In this document: one piece after another, positions 58,655 to 64,000 of the stretch
Numbering within the stretch: position 1 is the first letter of the stretch
How the letters are laid out: the number at the start of each line of letters is the position of its first letter
Assembly (NCBI GenBank): GCA_965277805.1
Contig: OZ255842.1
Location: 5,088,001-5,152,000 of the forward strand
DNA: 64,000 bases
Source of the DNA: Candidatus Lustribacter sp.
Lineage (GTDB): Bacteria > Vulcanimicrobiota > Vulcanimicrobiia > Vulcanimicrobiales > Vulcanimicrobiaceae
Reading direction: 5' to 3'
Made by a program: the position numbers and the translations under genes
The notes under the pieces: generated by a model
Databases searched by the model: none
What the model was told of the DNA's origin: nothing
Seen by the model: only the letters and a program-made list of their open reading frames with translations

Positions 58655-59775
58655 ACGGTTTGGCCGCGCGGCGCATTACGATCGTCATCGTGGTGCTGCT
58701 GCTCGTCGCAGCGGCCGTGTTCGTCGCCGTGCGCATCCCGCGCACGATCTCGATCTTTCTCGTCGCCTCGTTCATCGCGTTCGGCGCGGCACCGCTGGTG
58801 CAACGGCTGGAACGCTGGATGCCGCGCGGCGCCGCGATCGCGGTCGTGTATCTCGCCCTCGCCGGGGCACTGGTTCTTTTGGCGCTGGTGATCATCCCGA
58901 TCACCTACGCGCAGATCCTCGTGCTGGTCGGACATACGAGCGATTACGTCATCGCATCGCAAGACGGCGTCGCGCATCTCGAAACGTTCCTGCGCAACCG
59001 GCTCGGCGACCGCGTCGCGCTGCCGACGTTCGGACAGCTGCAGGCCGAGGTCGGCGATCGCGTCGGCACGATGTTCTCGCTCACGCTGGCGTCGATCGGA
59101 GCGATCCTTATCAGCATGGTCAACGCGCTGCTGATCGGCATCTCGGCGCTGATTCTGTCGATCTTCTTTCTCTCGCAAGGGCACGCGGTGCGCGGCGGCA
59201 TGCTGGAGCTGCTGCCGCTCACACGCCGCGCGAAAGCGAACGCCCTGATCGTCGAGGTCGCATCGATCTTCGGGCATTTCGTAGCGGGCCAGCTCGCGCT
59301 GTGCGCGATCGTCGGCGCGGCCGTGTGGGCGGTGCTGCTACCGGTGCACTTCGGCTTCGCGCTGCTGGTCGCGGTCGTGTGCGCGATCGGCTATGCGGTA
59401 CCGTTTTTCGGAATGATCGTCGCGCAAGTCATTGCGGCGGCGCTTGCGATCCCGCAGGGCACCGGCATGGTTATCTATGTGTCCGTGGCGATCTTCGTGA
59501 TCGCGCGTATCGCCGACAGCGTGCTGGTACCGAAGATCATGGCCGACGCGGTCGGCGTCTCACCGATCGGCGTGATGTTCGCGGTCTTTGCCGGCGGCGA
59601 GCTGTTCGGCTTGTGGGGCTTGATTCTCGGCATCCCCGCGGCGGCGCTCGTGCGCGTGCTGTTCACCTACTTCGCGCTGCCGTGGATCCGTGCGCAGCAA
59701 CTCGAGCCGCAGCATCCGGCCGAAGTTACGGTTGAAGCCGGCGGACTGATCGTCACCGTTCAGAACGAATCGTGA
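58651..59775 (+). CDS. AI-2E (PerM) family transporter
   Basis: GQL, P.FG, PKIM...VG.SP, GG.LFG..G..L.IP. Confidence 0.88.
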   Translation: MNGLAARRITIVIVVLLLVAAAVFVAVRIPRTISIFLVASFIAFGAAPLVQRLERWMPRGAAIAVVYLALAGALVLLALVIIPITYAQILVLVGHTSDYVIASQDGVAHLETFLRNRLGDRVALPTFGQLQAEVGDRVGTMFSLTLASIGAILISMVNALLIGISALILSIFFLSQGHAVRGGMLELLPLTRRAKANALIVEVASIFGHFVAGQLALCAIVGAAVWAVLLPVHFGFALLVAVVCAIGYAVPFFGMIVAQVIAAALAIPQGTGMVIYVSVAIFVIARIADSVLVPKIMADAVGVSPIGVMFAVFAGGELFGLWGLILGIPAAALVRVLFTYFALPWIRAQQLEPQHPAEVTVEAGGLIVTVQNES

Positions 59776-62525
59776 GAAGCGAATCGCCGATCGAGGGCCT
59801 CGGCCGCCTGGCTCCGACGCTGCTCTGCGTGACCGATGCGGACGGCAACCTCGAATTCATGAACGAACGCTGGATGAACGTGCTCGGTGCGCCGTTGCCC
59901 GAGCTGCTCGGCAACCGCTGGGTTTCGTTCGTTCACGCCGACGACGTCGACACGCTGATCCGCGATTTCCGTACCGCCGTCGCGACCGGTGAGCCCTACC
60001 GCGGTGAGTTCCGGATGCGCAACGCCGACGGCGCGTATCGCTGGATCGAAGTTCGCGCGGAGCCCGAGCGTGACGCCGCCGGTTCGATCGTGCGCTGGTT
60101 TGCCGCCGGCCACGACGTCGACGCACAACGCCGCGCGATGGACGCGCTGCAGTTGCTGGCCGAGAGCGGCGCGACCGCGAATTCCGCGCGCGATGTCGAT
60201 GCGCTGTTGGAGGGCGTCACGCGCGCGGCGCTGGCGGGTCTTGCCGACATCGCGTTTTTCGACCTGATCGAATCCGACGGCTGGAGCCGGCGTCTGGGCG
60301 CCGGCGGCGCGGGCGTCTCGCCGGAGGCGATCGAGACGACGTTGAGCTTTCCCACCCGTTTCGGTCAGGCGAACCCGATCTCGCGCGCGATGACCGACGT
60401 GCAAGTCTTGCACTTGGCGCGCGTCGACGAAGAGTACATGATGCGCGCGATCGCGGATCCGCTGCGGCGCGAAGCCTGGCGCACCGTCGGCATCCGCTCG
60501 ATGATCGTGGCGCCGATGATCGTCGCGGGCCGCCGTCTCGGCGGCCTCACGATGTTGCGCACGCTCACGGACCAGGCATTTGAGGCGAGCGACGTGCGCG
60601 TTGTCGAAGAGGTCGCGCGGCGCGCCGCGGTCGCGGTCGAGAACATCCGGCTGACCGAAGCCGCGCGGCGCGAGTCGCACGAACGCGATCAGCAATTCCG
60701 GATGGTCGCGGATTCGATGCCGCTGCTGATGTGGACCGCGAGTGCCGACGGCACGACCGATTGGCACAATCGGCGCTGGTTCGCCTATACGGGTCAGCCC
60801 GAGAGCGCGCCGTTCGAAGTCGGCTGGCAGACGCTGCATCCCGACGACCTCGAGGCCTCCCGGGCCACGTGGAATGCGGCGGTGGAAGCGGGCCAGACTT
60901 TCGAAATCGAACACCGCATTCGCCGCGCCGATGGAGTGTATCGCTGGTTCCTGACACGCGCGACGCCGGAGCGGGATACGAACGGCACCATCGTGCGCTG
61001 GTACGGCACGCACACCGACATCGATGAAGCCCGGCGCGCGCAATACACGCTCGAAGTCTTCTCCGAACTCGGCACCGTGCTCGCGGGTTCGCTCGAAGTC
61101 GAGACCACGCTGGATGCCGTCATGCGCGCGGTCGTGCCGGAGTTCGCCGATTGGGTGCTCATCGATCTCGTGGAAGAGGGTAAGTCGCGGACGGTGGCTC
61201 GCCGGCACCACGACCCCAATGCGCTCGGGTCGATTGCGCCGGAGACCGGACTCGCGGTGCCGCTGATCACCGGCGGAGCGACCTGGGGCAAACTCACCGT
61301 CGGCACGGCCGACGGCCGCGCGTTTACCGCCGCGGACATCGAGTTTTTCGCCGCGCTCGCCCGGCGAATCGCGCCGGCCATCGCCAACGCGCAGCTGTTC
61401 GAACGCGAACGTCTCGTCGCGCGCAGCTTTCAGGATGCTGCATTGCCCGCACAACTCGTCGATATCCCGGCGTGTTCGTTCAGTGCGATCTACGAAGCCG
61501 GGAAGGCCGAGGCACTGGTCGGCGGTGATTGGTACGATGCCTTCGTGCTGGCCGACGGGCGCATCGTGTTGTCGATCGGCGACGTTGCGGGTTCCGGGTT
61601 GCAGGCGGCCGTCACGATGGCCAACATGCGGCAAGCGATCCGGGGCGTGGCCTACGTTCATCCCGATCCCGTGCTGATGCTCGAGGCGGCCGATTTGGCG
61701 TTGCGCAGCGAATCTCCGGATCGCTTCGTGACCGCGTTCGTGGCGGTGATCGATCCGATCGAAAACGTCATGTCGTACACGACTGCCGGACATTTGCCGC
61801 CGTTGCTGATCCCGGCCGGCGGCGAGATCATGCCGCTCGAAGCGTCCGGCTTGCCGCTCGGCTTACGCGAACATGACGGCACGCCGAGCCGTTCGTGCAC
61901 CGTCGAACCCGGTTCGCTGCTCGTGTTCTTTACCGACGGTCTGGTCGAATCGACCCACGACATCGACGAAGGTTATCGGCGGCTCTACGCGGCCTTGCGC
62001 GATCCGGAGATCCTCGCCGCTCCGAACATCGCGTCGCGCATTCGCGACGCGGTCTTGGTCGAGGGCTCGCGCGACGACGTGGCGATCTTGTGCGGGCATT
62101 ATCGCGGCGTCACGCTCGACCGGCATCGCGTCGATGCGCGCAATCAAGCCGACAGCGTGCGCTTCGCGCAGCACCTGGTGTCCGAACTGGAGCGCTGCAG
62201 CTATTCTAAAGAGGCGATCGTGAACGCCGAAATCGTGCTGGCCGAACTCATCGGCAACCTGGTGCGGCACACGCCCGGTACCGCGACGTTCGTGATCGAC
62301 GGCGGGCGCGGGCACGTCGTTTTGCACGCCCTGGATGATGGTCCCGGCTACCGCTTTCTCTCGCGTTTGCCGACGGATACGTTCAGCGAACGCGGCCGCG
62401 GACTGTTCTTGATCTCATCGCTCGCCGAAGCGTTTCATGTGACGCCGCGCGCGTTCGGCGGCAGCCACGCGTGCGTCACGTTCGCAACGCACAGCTGGGA
62501 TTACGTCAGGCCGGCCGGCGCTTGA
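59772..62525 (+). CDS. PAS-GAF-PAS-GAF-SpoIIE phosphatase with C-terminal HATPase (partner-switching regulator)
   Basis: HPDD/H.DD PAS motifs, VGGDWYD, GDVAG.G, FTDGLVE, DD.A, ELxxNxxRH, GRGL. Confidence 0.9.
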   Translation: MRSESPIEGLGRLAPTLLCVTDADGNLEFMNERWMNVLGAPLPELLGNRWVSFVHADDVDTLIRDFRTAVATGEPYRGEFRMRNADGAYRWIEVRAEPERDAAGSIVRWFAAGHDVDAQRRAMDALQLLAESGATANSARDVDALLEGVTRAALAGLADIAFFDLIESDGWSRRLGAGGAGVSPEAIETTLSFPTRFGQANPISRAMTDVQVLHLARVDEEYMMRAIADPLRREAWRTVGIRSMIVAPMIVAGRRLGGLTMLRTLTDQAFEASDVRVVEEVARRAAVAVENIRLTEAARRESHERDQQFRMVADSMPLLMWTASADGTTDWHNRRWFAYTGQPESAPFEVGWQTLHPDDLEASRATWNAAVEAGQTFEIEHRIRRADGVYRWFLTRATPERDTNGTIVRWYGTHTDIDEARRAQYTLEVFSELGTVLAGSLEVETTLDAVMRAVVPEFADWVLIDLVEEGKSRTVARRHHDPNALGSIAPETGLAVPLITGGATWGKLTVGTADGRAFTAADIEFFAALARRIAPAIANAQLFERERLVARSFQDAALPAQLVDIPACSFSAIYEAGKAEALVGGDWYDAFVLADGRIVLSIGDVAGSGLQAAVTMANMRQAIRGVAYVHPDPVLMLEAADLALRSESPDRFVTAFVAVIDPIENVMSYTTAGHLPPLLIPAGGEIMPLEASGLPLGLREHDGTPSRSCTVEPGSLLVFFTDGLVESTHDIDEGYRRLYAALRDPEILAAPNIASRIRDAVLVEGSRDDVAILCGHYRGVTLDRHRVDARNQADSVRFAQHLVSELERCSYSKEAIVNAEIVLAELIGNLVRHTPGTATFVIDGGRGHVVLHALDDGPGYRFLSRLPTDTFSERGRGLFLISSLAEAFHVTPRAFGGSHACVTFATHSWDYVRPAGA

Positions 62526-62955
62526 CGAACACGATCGTTGAAAACGTCAGCACGTCTTCAGCACGCTGATTGAGCACGCGGAACGCCGCGCGCACGAGGC
62601 CGCGGTCGGGCTTCGATGCCGACGGGCGCGCTTCGATCACGGTCGCGATCGTGTGCAGCGTATCGCCCGGCCGCACCGGCTGCAGCCAGCGCAGCTCGTC
62701 CATGCCCGGCGATCCGAAGCTCGTGCCTTCCAGCACGCCGGTGCCGAGAAACATGCGGAAACCGACCGACAGCGTTTGGAAGCCGCTGGCGATCAGCCCG
62801 CCGTAGGGCGATGACTTCGCGGCTTCGACGTCGATGTGGAAGTTTTGCGGATCGTACATCGTCGCAAACGCGATCATCGATTCGAGCGTTAGCGTTTGAC
62901 CGGCCGAGACGATTTCCGAGCCGACCGTGAACTCTTCGAAATAACGTCCGATCAC
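62506..62955 (-). CDS. MaoC-family dehydratase
   Basis: FA..YDPQ.FH.D, IASG..T, PVRPGD. Confidence 0.9.
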   Translation of the reverse strand: MIGRYFEEFTVGSEIVSAGQTLTLESMIAFATMYDPQNFHIDVEAAKSSPYGGLIASGFQTLSVGFRMFLGTGVLEGTSFGSPGMDELRWLQPVRPGDTLHTIATVIEARPSASKPDRGLVRAAFRVLNQRAEDVLTFSTIVFVKRRPA

Positions 62956-64000
62956 ATCGAATCCGGTGCCGTGATGCCGCACAGCTCGAGCGCTTTGGCC
63001 AGCACCGTCTGCGCGGCCAAGGCGAGTCCGAGGCGCGCGACCGTCAGCTCGCGATCGTCGCTCAAGATGATGCAGTCGGAATAGAACTGGTGGAAGTCGG
63101 CCGCTACGTCGCGGGCGTATTTCGGCAGACGATGCGGCGCCAGGGTGCGCGCCACTCCCGCGACGACCGAGCCGAACTCCGCCAGGCGGCGTGCGAGCGC
63201 GATCTCGCTGGGTTCGCTCAACCGCTCGAGGTGCTCGCCGCGTTTGGCCGCCGCAACGAGCTCCGCGTCGCGCTCGACCGCCTTGCGCAGCACCGACGCG
63301 ATGCGCGCGTGACCGTACTGCACGTAGTACACGGGGTTGTCGTTCGACTTCTCTTTCGCCAGCGCCAGATCGAACGTCAACGGCTGATCGATCGAGAGCA
63401 TCACGAAGAAGAAGCGCGCGGCGTCGACGCCGACCTCATCGATGATCTCGGCCAGCGTAACGATTTGCCCGGCGCGCTTGGACATCGAGACGATCTCGTC
63501 GCCGCGTTTGAGCGTGATCTGCTGCGCGATCAGCACCTCGATCGCGCCGTGGCGATTATAGGCGTCGGCGAGCGAGCGCAAGCGCGCGATGTAGCCGTGA
63601 TGGTCGGGGCCAAGGATGTCGATCACGCGGTCGGCGCGTTGCAGCTTGTCGTAATGATAGGCGACGTCGTTGGCAAAGTAAGCCGGACGGCCGCTCGAAC
63701 GTACGATCACGCGGTCTTCGTTGTCGCCGCTGGCGGTCGTGCGCAGCCAGAGCGCGCCGTCCTTGTCGTAAGTCAGCCCGAATTCGCGTAAGCGTGCGAT
63801 CCCGGTCTCGATCGCGCCGGCTTCGTGCAGCGCCTTCTCGCTCTGCCAGAGGTCGAACGTCACGCCGAAGCGCGCGGCGACGGCCTGTTGCTCTCGTACG
63901 TTCGCATCGCGTCCGAAGGTGGCGAAGTACGGCATCCACTCGGCTTCCGGCGCGGTACGCCAGCGCTCGCCGTCGACTTCGCGGATCAGCGCCGCGATCG
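62952..64000 (-). CDS. argS: Arginine--tRNA ligase (5' part outside window)
   Basis: G.DHHGY, MSKR.G, NPVYYVQY.HARI, FH.FY, APDSM C-terminus. Confidence 0.96.
   Translation of the reverse strand, partial: IAALIREVDGERWRTAPEAEWMPYFATFGRDANVREQQAVAARFGVTFDLWQSEKALHEAGAIETGIARLREFGLTYDKDGALWLRTTASGDNEDRVIVRSSGRPAYFANDVAYHYDKLQRADRVIDILGPDHHGYIARLRSLADAYNRHGAIEVLIAQQITLKRGDEIVSMSKRAGQIVTLAEIIDEVGVDAARFFFVMLSIDQPLTFDLALAKEKSNDNPVYYVQYGHARIASVLRKAVERDAELVAAAKRGEHLERLSEPSEIALARRLAEFGSVVAGVARTLAPHRLPKYARDVAADFHQFYSDCIILSDDRELTVARLGLALAAQTVLAKALELCGITAPDSM

Overview
Bacterial chromosomal window with two distinct parts. (1) Positions ~1-17856 are a visibly lower-GC, mosaic genomic island whose right end abuts the 3' end of a tRNA-Ala(CGC) gene (17857-17932, minus strand). 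A frameshifted tyrosine-integrase remnant lies next to the tRNA, and the left boundary is outside the window. The island is a defence hotspot: an AbiEi/AbiEii-like type IV toxin-antitoxin pair, an unusual three-gene HEPN/DUF5677-like operon (one active-looking HEPN plus an apparently catalytically dead paralogue fused to a DUF5677-like domain; the best candidate for an undescribed system), a Kiwa (kwaAB) pair, and a TerY-P triad (vWA-PP2C-kinase) with a fourth double-PH-like gene. It also carries J-domain, DUF805, DUF2085, HNH-like, K+-channel-like and small membrane genes, several of them broken at homopolymers. (2) Positions ~17950-64000 are high-GC core genome: metal ABC ATPase, TPR-glycosyltransferase, SDR fusion, GH5-like hydrolase, purEK, a split leucine-catabolism (liu) cluster, cytochrome b + Mo-oxidoreductase, orphan flagellar rod/hook gene, urtABCDE, DUF1800/DUF1501, MFS/PadR, PLP decarboxylase, a two-component system (kinase apparently lacking a canonical start codon), an ECF sigma/anti-sigma with twin divergent SigW-type promoters, pyrFE, hisC, AI-2E, a SpoIIE-type phosphatase, MaoC and partial argS. 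The gene style suggests Ca. Eremiobacterota/Vulcanimicrobiota, but that is an unverified impression. Family calls come from motif recognition, not database searches.
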